Assembly (NCBI GenBank): GCA_035537855.1
Contig: DATLLM010000091.1
Location: forward strand, 1-34,337
DNA length: 34,337 nucleotides
Origin: Chloroflexota bacterium
Lineage (GTDB): Bacteria > Chloroflexota > UBA11872 > UBA12225
Direction of reading: 5' to 3'
Under the pieces are notes generated by a model, which did no database searches, had not been told where the DNA came from, and worked only from the letters and a program-made list of their open reading frames with translations. Both the position numbers and the translations under genes were made by a program. Shown one piece after another: positions 14,112 through 22,875 of the stretch (positions are counted from its first letter, which is position 1; each line of letters starts with the position of its first letter).

Positions 14112-16354
14112 AGATCCTGTACGTCACGCCCCAGCCGCCCTGGCCGCCGCGCCAGGGCACCGCGCTGCGCAACTACCACCTGCTGCGCGCGCTCGCCGGC
14201 CGGCACCGGGTCGACCTGCTCACCTTCTCGGCGCCGCCGGACGACGAGGCGGCGCTGCGCCGCGGCCCGCTCGGCGATCTCTGCGGGCGAATCGACGCCC
14301 TACCGCCGCCACCCCGCCCGCCGGCCGCCCGGCTGGCCGGCCTGCTGCGCGGCGAGGCGGACATGGAGGGCCGGCTGCGGTCGCCGGCGTTCGCCGCCCG
14401 GTTGCGCCGGCGGCTGGCCGAGGGCGGCTACGACGCCGTCCAGCTCGAAGGCTTCGAGGTGGCCGGGTACCTGCTCGGCCCGGCGGCCCTGCGCGCCGAG
14501 GCGGAGGCCCGCGCTCCCTGGCGGCGGGCGCCGGCCATCGTCTTCGACGACCACAACGCCGAGTACCGCCTGCAAGCGACGGCGGCCGCCATCGACTCGC
14601 GCCGCCCGCGACGCTGGCCGCGGGCCCTGTACTCGTACGTGCAGTCCGGGCGCTTGCGGGCGCGGGAGGCGCTCTACGCCGCCGGGGCCGACGCCTGCCT
14701 CGCCGTCTCGCCGGAGGACGCCGCCGCCCTCGAGGCGATCGTGCCCGGCCTCGGCGCGGTCGTGGTGGCCAACGGGGTCGCCGTCGCCGCCGCCCCGCCC
14801 CCGGCGCCCGGGCCCCGGCCCCTGGTGCTGTTCACCGGCAAGCTGGACTACCGGCCCAACGTGGACGCCGGCGAGTGGCTGGTGCGGGAGATCCTGCCCC
14901 TGGTGCGGGCCCGCGTCCCGGACGTGCGCTTCGTCCTCGCCGGGCGCGACCCGGCGCCCGCGGTGCGGCGCCTCGCCGGACCGGACGTCGAGGTCACCGG
15001 CGCCCTGACCGACGACGGCCTGACCGCCCTGCGGGCCAGCGCCTGGGTCGAGGCGGTGCCCCTGCGCATGGGCAGCGGCGTGCGCTTCAAAGCCCTCGAG
15101 GCGATGGCCGCCGGCGTGCCCCTGGTAGCGACCACCCTGGGGGCCGCCGGCACCGGCGCCGAGCACGGCCGGCAGGCCCTGATCGCCGACGACGCTCCCG
15201 GCTTCGCCGCCGCCGTCTGCGACCTGCTCACCCGGCCCGAGCGGCGGCGGGCGCTGGCCGCGGCGGCCCACGCCCTGGCGGCGGCGCGCCACGACTGGTC
15301 GCGCATCACCCCCCGCCTGCTCGCGGTCTACGAGCGCCTGGAGCGTCCGGCGCAGGCCCCGGTCAGCTTGATCGCCACCGTGCGCGACGAGCGGGCGAGC
15401 GTCGACGCGTGGCTGGCCTCGATCCGCGGGCTCGAGCGGGCACCGGACGAGTGCGTCTTCGTCGACGGCGGCTCGACAGACGGCACCGCCGAGCGGCTGC
15501 GGGCGGCCGGCGCCGCGCCCGCCCGGGGGACCGGGCTCACGGTGCTCAGCCATCCCGGCGCGAACATCTCCCGGGGACGCAATCTGGCCGTCGCCGCCGC
15601 CGGCGGCGAGATCGTCGCCGCCACGGACGCCGGCGTCCGCCTGGCCCCCGCCTGGCTCGCCCGCCTCGTGCGCCCGCTGGAAGGCGATCCCACCCTCGGG
15701 GCCGCCGGCGGCTTCTTCGTCTCCGACCCGGCCAGCGTCTGGGAGCTGGCCCTGGGCGCGACCACCCTGCCCGACGTCGGCGAGATCGACCCGCGGCGCT
15801 TCCTGCCCTCCAGCCGCTCCGTCGCCTTCCGGCGTGAGGCCTGGCACCAGGCCGGTGGCTACCCGGAGTGGCTGGACTACTGCGAGGACCTGCTCTTCGA
15901 CTTCGCCCTGCGGCGGGTGGCCGGGCCGATCCGCTTCGTGCCCCGGGCCACGGTCCGCTTCCGCCCCCGCGGGACGCCGGGGGCCTACTTCCGCCAGTAC
16001 TACCGCTACGCCAGGGGCGACGGCAAGGCCGACCTCTGGCGGCGCCGCCACGCCTTGCGCTACGGGGCCTACCTGGCGGGGCTCGTCCTGCTGGCGACCG
16101 GACTGGGCCGCGGGCAACGCCGCCGGCGCACGCCGGCCCGGCTGCTGCTGATCCTGGGAGGCGTCGCCTACCTGCGCCGTCCGTTCATCCGTTTAACCCA
16201 GGCGAGCGCGAGCGGCCGGGACCGGCTCCTGGCTGCGCCCCTCATCCCCCTGGCCCGAGCCCTCGGCGACGTGGCCAAGATGCTGGGGTATCCGGCCGGA
16301 CTATGGTGGCGCTGGCGCGCCGGCCGCGAGGGGAGTTCCCGTACCGGCGCATGA
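14108..16354 (+). CDS. Two-domain glycosyltransferase: N-terminal GT4 fused to a GT2 domain plus C-terminal hydrophobic helices
   Basis: 748 aa from GTG 14108 (GTGA overlap).
- GT4 part: VKILYVTPQPPWPPRQGTALRNYHLL, FTGKLDYRPNVDA, FKALEAMAAGVPLVAT.
- GT2 part: VSLIATVRDE, VFVDGGSTDGT, ISRGRNLAV, ATDAG.
- C-terminal TM-like segments: YGAYLAGLVLLATGLG and LLLILGGVAYL.
The frame is continuous across the junction. Confidence 0.8.
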   Translation: MKILYVTPQPPWPPRQGTALRNYHLLRALAGRHRVDLLTFSAPPDDEAALRRGPLGDLCGRIDALPPPPRPPAARLAGLLRGEADMEGRLRSPAFAARLRRRLAEGGYDAVQLEGFEVAGYLLGPAALRAEAEARAPWRRAPAIVFDDHNAEYRLQATAAAIDSRRPRRWPRALYSYVQSGRLRAREALYAAGADACLAVSPEDAAALEAIVPGLGAVVVANGVAVAAAPPPAPGPRPLVLFTGKLDYRPNVDAGEWLVREILPLVRARVPDVRFVLAGRDPAPAVRRLAGPDVEVTGALTDDGLTALRASAWVEAVPLRMGSGVRFKALEAMAAGVPLVATTLGAAGTGAEHGRQALIADDAPGFAAAVCDLLTRPERRRALAAAAHALAAARHDWSRITPRLLAVYERLERPAQAPVSLIATVRDERASVDAWLASIRGLERAPDECVFVDGGSTDGTAERLRAAGAAPARGTGLTVLSHPGANISRGRNLAVAAAGGEIVAATDAGVRLAPAWLARLVRPLEGDPTLGAAGGFFVSDPASVWELALGATTLPDVGEIDPRRFLPSSRSVAFRREAWHQAGGYPEWLDYCEDLLFDFALRRVAGPIRFVPRATVRFRPRGTPGAYFRQYYRYARGDGKADLWRRRHALRYGAYLAGLVLLATGLGRGQRRRRTPARLLLILGGVAYLRRPFIRLTQASASGRDRLLAAPLIPLARALGDVAKMLGYPAGLWWRWRAGREGSSRTGA

Positions 16355-17322
16355 TCGTCCAATCGCAGCCACCGCAACGCGCCGAGCAGCTCCGGCCGCC
16401 GACAGCGGGCCCCGTGCGCCTGAAGCCTGAGGCGCCGGACGGCCCGGCGCTCTCGGTCGTGATCGTCACCTACAACGTGCGCCGGCTGCTGGGCAACTGC
16501 CTGCGCGCCGTCTTCGCCAGCCGCGCCCCCTTCGACTTCGAGGTGTGCGTCGTGGACACCGGCTCGGACGGCAGCGCCGCCGCCGTGCGCCGCGAGTTCC
16601 CCCGGGCGCGGGTGATCGAGGCGCCGGACAATCCGGGCTTCGGGGCGGCGAACAACCTGGGCCTGCGCCAGGCCCGGGGGCGCTACTGCTTGCTGCTCAA
16701 CCCGGACACCGAGGTGGGCCCCGAGGCGCTGGCCCGGACGGTGGCCGTGCTCGAGGCCGATCCCACCATCGGCATCCTGGGGCCGAAGCTGGTGCGAGCC
16801 AACGGCTCGCTCGACCTGGCCTGCCGGCGCTCGTTCCCCACCCCCCGCAACGCCCTGTTCCACTTCCTGCGCCTGCCCCGCCTGTTCCCGGGGCACCCGG
16901 CGTTCGGCGAGTACAACCTGACCTTCCGCGATCCGGACGCGGCCTACGACGTGGACGCCGTCACCGGGGCCTTCATGCTCCTGCGCCGGCAGACGCTGGA
17001 GGAGATCGGGCTGCTGGACGAATCCTTCTGGATGTACGGCGAGGACCTCGATCTGTGCTGGCGGAGCCGCGGCCGGGGCTGGCGCACGCGCTACCACCCG
17101 GCGGTGCAGGTGCTGCACCTCAAGGGGCAGAGCAGCAAGCGGCGCTCCCTGCGCTGCACCTACGAGTTCTTCCGGGCGATGCACCTCTTCTACCAGAAGC
17201 ACTACGCCCCGGCGGCCCCGGCGCCGAAGAACGCCCTGGTGACGGCCGGGATCGTCCTCTTCGGCCTGGCCTCGGTGCTGCTCGACCGGCTGCGTCCGGC
17301 GGAGCGGCGCCGCGTCTCCTGA
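16351..17322 (+). CDS. Glycosyltransferase family 2 (WbbL-like), paralogous in type to 9983-10963
   Basis: 323 aa from ATG 16351 (ATGA overlap). Motifs are LSVVIVTYNV, VVDTGSDGS, NPGFGAANNLG, LLNPDTE and YGEDLDLCWR. Confidence 0.9.
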   Translation: MIVQSQPPQRAEQLRPPTAGPVRLKPEAPDGPALSVVIVTYNVRRLLGNCLRAVFASRAPFDFEVCVVDTGSDGSAAAVRREFPRARVIEAPDNPGFGAANNLGLRQARGRYCLLLNPDTEVGPEALARTVAVLEADPTIGILGPKLVRANGSLDLACRRSFPTPRNALFHFLRLPRLFPGHPAFGEYNLTFRDPDAAYDVDAVTGAFMLLRRQTLEEIGLLDESFWMYGEDLDLCWRSRGRGWRTRYHPAVQVLHLKGQSSKRRSLRCTYEFFRAMHLFYQKHYAPAAPAPKNALVTAGIVLFGLASVLLDRLRPAERRRVS

Positions 17323-17495
17323 GCGGCCCGCCGGCGGCGGACGGCCCCCCGGCGCCCCCCACTCCCAGGTTGGCTTCCGATGCTTTTCCCTGGAGCCGTG
17401 CGTCTCGCTACTATAGAGCGGAACGCGGCAGTCTGCGGCGTGCGGCAGCCGGCACGGTGACGTCGCGCCGCCAGTAGTGGGAAGGCAGATCTCGG

Positions 17496-19016
17496 TTGGC
17501 ACGCGGAGCCCACCCCGGGGTAGGCGCCAGAGAGAGCCGGATCGGTAGCGGACGGGCCAAGGGAGCGATCCCGGACGAGCCCGTCGGCCCCGCCCTCCGG
17601 CGGCCGCTGCGTCGCTGGCAGCGCTGGACGCTGTCGCCCCTGTTCCTGGTCTGCTCGGACGTGCTGGCCATCGCCAGCGGCTTCATCCTGGCCTACGTGC
17701 TGCGCTTCGTGGTGCAGTTCCCGCCCGCCCAGGAGATCCACAGCGCCCGGGCCTACCTCAGCCTGATCGCCGTCTCGACCCCCATCTTCCTGGTGGCCTT
17801 CGCCGCCTACGGGCTCTATCAGCCGCGCCACCTGCTCGGCTTCGTCGACCAGGTCTTCCGGCTGCTGACCGCCGTCCTGGTCGGCCTGGTGGCCACCGTC
17901 GCCGTCTCCTCGTTCGTCGTCCGCGGCTGGCCGGACTACTCCCGCCTGCTGCTGGCGTATCTATGGATCGGCTGCACGCTGACGGCCGGGGCCGCCCGCC
18001 TGCTCTGGGTGCTCTGGCGGGACTGGCTCGCCCGGCGCGGCGCCGGCGTGCACACCACCCTCGTGGTCGGCGCCGGGGCAGCCGGCCAGCGCGTCGCCCG
18101 CCACTTCGCCCACGTGCCCCAGCTCGGCTACCGGGTGATCGGGTTCCTCGACGAGGACCTGCCCGCGGGCAGCCGGCCCCTCGACGGCGTCCCCGTGGTC
18201 GGGCGCTTGCAGGACTTCGACGACGCCCTGACCCGGCTGCGCCCGGACGAGGTGGTGCTCGCCGACCCCACCCTGACCAACCACGAGCTGCTCAGCATCG
18301 TCAACCGCTGCGAAGGGCAGCCGGTCACCATCCGGGTCTTCCCCGACCTCTTCCAGATGCTGGTCAACGAGGCATCGGTGACCGATTTCCAGGGCCTGAC
18401 CCTGGTCGGCATCCGGGCCACCGAGCTGCAAGCCTGGCAGCGCACCCTGAAGCGCGGCTTCGACGTCCTCTTCTCGCTCGCCGTGCTCGTGGTCAGCTCG
18501 CCGCTGATGCTCTTCCTGGCCCTGCTGGTCAAGCTGGACTCGCCCGGCCCGGTGTTCCACGTCCAGGAGCGCGTCGGGCAGGACGGCAAGCGCTTCCACA
18601 TGATCAAGTTCCGCTCGATGGTGGAGAACGCCGAGGCCCGTACCGGGCGCTTCTGGACGACCAAAGACGACCCCCGGCGCACCCGCGTCGGCGGCGTGCT
18701 GCGCCGCCTCTCGCTCGACGAGTGGCCCAACTTCATCAACGTCCTCATCGGGGACATGAGCGTGGTCGGCCCCCGGGCCGAGCGCCCCATGTTCGTCGCC
18801 CAGTTCAGCGAGACGGTCCCGGACTACCTCAAGCGCCTGCGCGAGAAGGCCGGGATCACCGGCTGGGCCCAGGTGAACGGGCTGCGCGGGGACGTGCCCA
18901 TCGAGGAGCGCACCAAGTACGACCTGTACTACGTCGACAACTGGTCGCTCTGGCTGGACATCAAGATCATCATCCGCACGGCGCTGCAGCTGGCCCGCGA
19001 CCGCAACGCCTACTAG
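17496..19016 (+). CDS. Polyprenyl-phosphate glycosyl-1-phosphate transferase (WbaP/exopolysaccharide priming sugar transferase family)
   Basis: 506 aa with N-terminal TM helices and a central Rossmann-like TLVVGAGAAGQRV. The C-terminal Bac_transf motifs are KRGFDVLFSLAVLVVSSPLMLFLALLVKLDSPGPVFHVQERVG, IKFRSM, DEWPNFINVLIGDMSVVGPR and GITGWAQVNG. The start (TTG 17496) is uncertain. Confidence 0.9.
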   Translation: MARGAHPGVGARESRIGSGRAKGAIPDEPVGPALRRPLRRWQRWTLSPLFLVCSDVLAIASGFILAYVLRFVVQFPPAQEIHSARAYLSLIAVSTPIFLVAFAAYGLYQPRHLLGFVDQVFRLLTAVLVGLVATVAVSSFVVRGWPDYSRLLLAYLWIGCTLTAGAARLLWVLWRDWLARRGAGVHTTLVVGAGAAGQRVARHFAHVPQLGYRVIGFLDEDLPAGSRPLDGVPVVGRLQDFDDALTRLRPDEVVLADPTLTNHELLSIVNRCEGQPVTIRVFPDLFQMLVNEASVTDFQGLTLVGIRATELQAWQRTLKRGFDVLFSLAVLVVSSPLMLFLALLVKLDSPGPVFHVQERVGQDGKRFHMIKFRSMVENAEARTGRFWTTKDDPRRTRVGGVLRRLSLDEWPNFINVLIGDMSVVGPRAERPMFVAQFSETVPDYLKRLREKAGITGWAQVNGLRGDVPIEERTKYDLYYVDNWSLWLDIKIIIRTALQLARDRNAY

Positions 19017-19075
19017 GCCGCGCCGGCGGCGCACCCGCCGCTGCGCCCCGCAATCGCCCCCGGTTTCGCCCCATC

Positions 19076-19084
19076 TGCTATTCT
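19076..19084 (+). promoter_or_regulatory. Candidate extended -10 promoter TGCTATTCT for the hrcA operon
   Basis: TGn+TATTCT ends 10 nt before CIRCE, so the operator would sit at about +4 of the transcript. There is no clear -35. Confidence 0.4.
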
Positions 19085-19094
19085 GAGAACACCC

Positions 19095-19121
19095 TTAGCA
19101 CTCGATCAAGTCGAGTGCTAA
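19095..19121 (+). promoter_or_regulatory. CIRCE operator (HrcA binding site)
   Basis: TTAGCACTC-GATCAAGTC-GAGTGCTAA is a perfect match to the TTAGCACTC-N9-GAGTGCTAA consensus. It lies 15 nt upstream of the hrcA GTG. Confidence 0.95.
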
Positions 19122-19136
19122 TCGGCGTAAGGAACG

Positions 19137-20234
19137 GTGCGGGACGTGTTGTCCGAGCGCAAGGAACGCATCCTCAAGGCGGTCGTCGAGGAGTACACCC
19201 GCAACGCCCGGCCGGTGGCGTCGGAGACGCTGCAGCGGGAGTACGGCATGACCGTGTCCTCGGCCACCATCCGCAACGAGATGGCCGAGCTGGAGGCGGA
19301 GGGCTACATCTACCAGCCCCACACCTCGGCTGGGCGGATTCCCTCCGAGCAGGGCTACCGCTACTTCGTGCAGCGGTTGATGCAGGAGGAGCGCCTGCCC
19401 CGCGCCGAGCAGCTGACCATCCGCCACCAGTTCCATCAGGTGGCGCTGATGCGCGAGGAGTGGCTCCAGCTGGGGGCCGCCGTGCTGGCCCGGGTGGCCC
19501 GGGCGGCGGCGATCGTCAGCGCCCCGGTGGTCTCCGCCTCCCGCATCAAGCACTTCGAGATGCTGCACATGCAGGACCACCTGGGCCTGCTGGTCCTCGT
19601 CCTGCAGGACGGCTCGGTCAAGCAGCAGCTGGTGACGGTGCCGGACGGGACGAGCCAGGAGGACCTGTCGGCCGCTTCCGGGCGCCTGAACGCCAGCCTG
19701 CACGCCCGCAGCCGGGCGGAGGTGCTGGCCAACACGGGCAAGGAGTTCCTGACCCGCACCGAGCAGTTCGTCGTGCGGGCGCTGCTCGAGCTGATGGCCC
19801 AGCTGGACAACCGGGACGCCGTCACCGTCTACCACGACGGGCTGGTGGAGCTGCTCGACCAGCCGGAGTTCGCCAGCCTGGAGCGGGCCCGGGCCATCGT
19901 CGAGGTCCTGGAGCGCCCCCAGGTGCTGCGCGAGCTGCTCCCCGGGGTGCCCCAGGGCGACGGCATCCAGATCCTGATCGGCAGCGAGAATCGCTGGGAC
20001 TGGATGAAGGAGTGCGCCGTCGTCCTGGCCCGCTACGGGGACGGCAACGAGGTGACCGGGGTCGTCGGCGTGCTCGGGCCCTTGCGGCTGCCCTACGGCA
20101 TCGCCATCCCCTCCGTCCGCTACATCGCCCGGATCATGACCGAGCTGCTCGACGACATCGGCGGGTCCGGGCCGGGCGTCTCGCCCGGCCGGGCCAACGG
20201 TCTGACCGCAAGGGAGAGCACGAATGACAACTGA
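19137..20234 (+). CDS. hrcA: Heat-inducible transcription repressor HrcA
   Basis: 365 aa with LSERKERILKAVVEEY, PVASETL, VSSATIRNEMAELEAEGYIYQPHTSAGRIPSEQGYRYF. The GTG start is preceded by AAGGAA. Confidence 0.95.
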   Translation: MRDVLSERKERILKAVVEEYTRNARPVASETLQREYGMTVSSATIRNEMAELEAEGYIYQPHTSAGRIPSEQGYRYFVQRLMQEERLPRAEQLTIRHQFHQVALMREEWLQLGAAVLARVARAAAIVSAPVVSASRIKHFEMLHMQDHLGLLVLVLQDGSVKQQLVTVPDGTSQEDLSAASGRLNASLHARSRAEVLANTGKEFLTRTEQFVVRALLELMAQLDNRDAVTVYHDGLVELLDQPEFASLERARAIVEVLERPQVLRELLPGVPQGDGIQILIGSENRWDWMKECAVVLARYGDGNEVTGVVGVLGPLRLPYGIAIPSVRYIARIMTELLDDIGGSGPGVSPGRANGLTARESTNDN

Positions 20235-20892
20235 CCCCCAGACGTCCGAGGCGTCCGAGGCGTCCGAGGCGCCCCAAACGGAAGCGGACGGGGCCGCCGG
20301 CGCGGACGCCGGGCGCCCGGCGCCCGGCGGCGCCGAGGCGCGCGAGCTGGAGCGTCAGCTGGACGAGGCCCGCGCCCAGGTGCGCGCGGCCGAGACCAGG
20401 GCGCAGGAGAACTTCGACCGCTGGCAGCGCGCCCAGGCGGATCTGGCCAACTACCGCCGGCGGGCGCAGTTCGAGCGGGAGGAGCTGGAGAAGTACGCCG
20501 CGGCCAGCCTGGTGGCCTCCCTGCTGCCCGTGCTGGACAACTTCGACCGGGCCTGGGGCTCCCTGCCCGGCCAGTTCCGGCGCCTCACCTGGCTGGACGG
20601 CGTGGCCATGATCCACTCCCAGTTGCGGGGCACGCTGCAACGGGTCGGTCTGGTGGAGATCGAGGCCGAGGGGCAGGCGTTCGATCCCGCGCTGCACGAG
20701 GCGGTGGACAGCGAGGCCGGAGACGGCCCGCCGCACGTCATCGCGGTATTGCAGGCCGGGTATAAGCTGCAGGAACGGGTCATCCGCCCGGCACTGGTCA
20801 AGGTGGGCCCCAAGGCGAGTCCGCCGCCGGCCGCCGCGCCGGAGGGGGAGCCGGCTCCCCCTCCGGCGCCGGGCCCGGACGCGACGGGGTAG
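20224..20892 (+). CDS. grpE: Nucleotide exchange factor GrpE
   Basis: 222 aa with ANYRRRAQFEREE, LLPVLDNFDRAW and FDPALHEAV. It overlaps the hrcA 3' end by 11 nt. Confidence 0.94.
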   Translation: MTTDPQTSEASEASEAPQTEADGAAGADAGRPAPGGAEARELERQLDEARAQVRAAETRAQENFDRWQRAQADLANYRRRAQFEREELEKYAAASLVASLLPVLDNFDRAWGSLPGQFRRLTWLDGVAMIHSQLRGTLQRVGLVEIEAEGQAFDPALHEAVDSEAGDGPPHVIAVLQAGYKLQERVIRPALVKVGPKASPPPAAAPEGEPAPPPAPGPDATG

Positions 20893-20907
20893 GTCTCGGA
20901 CACGGCC

Positions 20908-22785
20908 ATGGCCAAGACGATCGGCATCGATCTGGGAACGACCAACTCCTGCGTCGCCGTCCTCGAGGGCGGCGTCCCGGTGGTGATTCCCAACTCCGAG
21001 GGGGCCCGCACGACCCCCTCGGTCGTCGCCTTCTCGCGCTCCGGCGAGCGCCTCACCGGAGCCATCGCCAAGCGCCAGGCGATCACCAACCCGGACCAGA
21101 CGATCTTCTCCATCAAGCGCTTCATGGGTCGCCGGCTGGACGACCCGGAGGTGGAGCGCGACCGCAAGTTCGTGCCCTACGACCTGGTGGCGGCGCCCAA
21201 CGGCGACGTCCGGGTGGCGCTCCAGGGCCGGGACTTCGCGCCCCCTGAGATCTCGGCGATGATCCTCCAGAAGCTGAAGGCGGACGCCGAGGCGTACCTG
21301 GGGGAGCCGGTCACGGCCGCCGTGATCACCGTCCCGGCCTACTTCTCGGACAGCCAGCGCCAGGCGACGAAGGACGCCGGGCAGATCGCCGGCCTCGAGG
21401 TGCGCCGCATCATCAACGAGCCGACCGCCTCCGCCCTGGCCTACGGCCTGGACAAGACGGGCGAGCGCAAGGTGGCCGTCTACGACCTCGGCGGCGGGAC
21501 CTTCGACATCTCCATCCTGGAGATCGGGGACGGCATCTACGAGGTGCGGGCGACCAACGGCGACACCCACCTGGGCGGCGACGACTTCGACGCCCGGGTC
21601 ATCGAGTGGCTGGCCGACGGCTTCCAGGGCGCCCACAAGGTGGACCTGCGCCAGGACCGGATGGCCCTGCAGCGCCTGAAAGAGGCGGCCGAGAAGGCCA
21701 AGATCGAGCTCTCCACGGCGCTCGAGTCCGAGATCAACCTGCCCTTCATCACGGCCGACGAGCGCGGCCCGATGCACCTCAACGTGGTGCTCACCCGGGC
21801 CAAGCTGGAGCAGCTGGTCGGCGACCTGATCGAGCGCACGATGGAGCCCTGCCGGCAGGCCCTGGCCGACGCCCGGCTGACCGCCGCCGAGATCGACGAG
21901 GTCGTCCTCGTCGGCGGCCAGACCCGCATGCCGGCGGTGCAGGCGCTCGTCTCCCGGGTCTTCGGGCGCGAGCCGCACAAGGGCGTCAACCCGGATGAGG
22001 TGGTGGCCGTCGGCGCCGCCGTGCAGGCCGGCGTCCTCTCCGGCGAGGTGACCGACCTGCTGCTGCTCGACGTCACCCCCCTGTCCCTGGGCATCCGCAC
22101 CCTGGGCGGCGTCTTCCACCGCCTGATCGAGCGCAACACCACCATCCCCACCTCGCGCACCCAGACCTACAGCACGGCCTCGGACAACCAGCGCAAGGTG
22201 GAGATCCAGGTGTTCCAGGGCGAGCGGGAGCTGGCCGAGCGCAACCAGCTGCTGGCCCGCTTCGAGCTGGACGGGATCCCGCCGGCCCCCCGTGGCGTGC
22301 CCCTGATCGACGTCACGTTCGACATCGACGCCAACGGCATCCTCCAGGTCTCCGCCCGGGAGCGGAACTCCGGCATCGAGCAGCGCGTCAACGTCACCGG
22401 CGCGAGCCGCCTCTCGCCCGACGAGATCGCCAAGATGGTTGAGGACGCCGAACAGCACGCCGTCGAGGACGCCGACCGGCGCGAGCGAATCGAGGTGCGT
22501 AACCTCGCCGACGGGCTCATCTACCAGGCCGAGCGCTTCCTGGTGCAGGCCGGCGACGCCCTGCCGCCCGACCTGCGCCAGGAGCTGGAGGCCAAGATCG
22601 TGGCCGTGCGCACGGTGCTCGACGGGGCGGACGTGGCCCAGATTCGCAGCGCCGCCCTCGACCTGCGCTCAACCCTGCTGGAGTTGAATCCCGGTATGCG
22701 CGGGGCTCCGGCGCCCGGCCAGGCGGCCGACGACGGGGCCGCCGGCGAGCCGGGCGCGACCGCCGAGTCGGCCGTCGGTTCCTGA
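20908..22785 (+). CDS. dnaK: Molecular chaperone DnaK (Hsp70)
   Basis: 625 aa with [38 protein letters not shown] and DVTPLSLGI. Confidence 0.98.
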   Translation: MAKTIGIDLGTTNSCVAVLEGGVPVVIPNSEGARTTPSVVAFSRSGERLTGAIAKRQAITNPDQTIFSIKRFMGRRLDDPEVERDRKFVPYDLVAAPNGDVRVALQGRDFAPPEISAMILQKLKADAEAYLGEPVTAAVITVPAYFSDSQRQATKDAGQIAGLEVRRIINEPTASALAYGLDKTGERKVAVYDLGGGTFDISILEIGDGIYEVRATNGDTHLGGDDFDARVIEWLADGFQGAHKVDLRQDRMALQRLKEAAEKAKIELSTALESEINLPFITADERGPMHLNVVLTRAKLEQLVGDLIERTMEPCRQALADARLTAAEIDEVVLVGGQTRMPAVQALVSRVFGREPHKGVNPDEVVAVGAAVQAGVLSGEVTDLLLLDVTPLSLGIRTLGGVFHRLIERNTTIPTSRTQTYSTASDNQRKVEIQVFQGERELAERNQLLARFELDGIPPAPRGVPLIDVTFDIDANGILQVSARERNSGIEQRVNVTGASRLSPDEIAKMVEDAEQHAVEDADRRERIEVRNLADGLIYQAERFLVQAGDALPPDLRQELEAKIVAVRTVLDGADVAQIRSAALDLRSTLLELNPGMRGAPAPGQAADDGAAGEPGATAESAVGS

Positions 22786-22804
22786 GCGCGTCGCGCTTCG
22801 GGGG

Positions 22805-22825
22805 CGGCGGGGCGATGCCCCGCCG
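22805..22825 (+). other. Intercistronic GC stem-loop between dnaK and dnaJ
   Basis: CGGCGGGGC-GAT-GCCCCGCCG is a 9-bp perfect stem, 20 nt after the dnaK stop. No U tract follows. Confidence 0.4.
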
Positions 22826-22875
22826 GGGCCCCGCGTCAGCCACCAAGAGTTAGGGACCCTGAGAGTCAGGCAGAG

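Noticed and set aside
17380-17460. 26-codon ORF (MLFPGAVRLATIERNAAVCGVRQPAR) in the 173-nt gap before the priming transferase
   Set aside because: Its third-position G/C (18 of 26) is clearly lower than in real genes here, and it has no SD. The A/T-richer patch (TACTATAG) is more likely promoter DNA.
20134-22458. 774-aa ORF antisense to dnaK
   Set aside because: This is the well-known long antisense frame opposite hsp70 genes, a codon-bias artefact. It has no start context or motifs, and the sense strand encodes an unambiguous DnaK.
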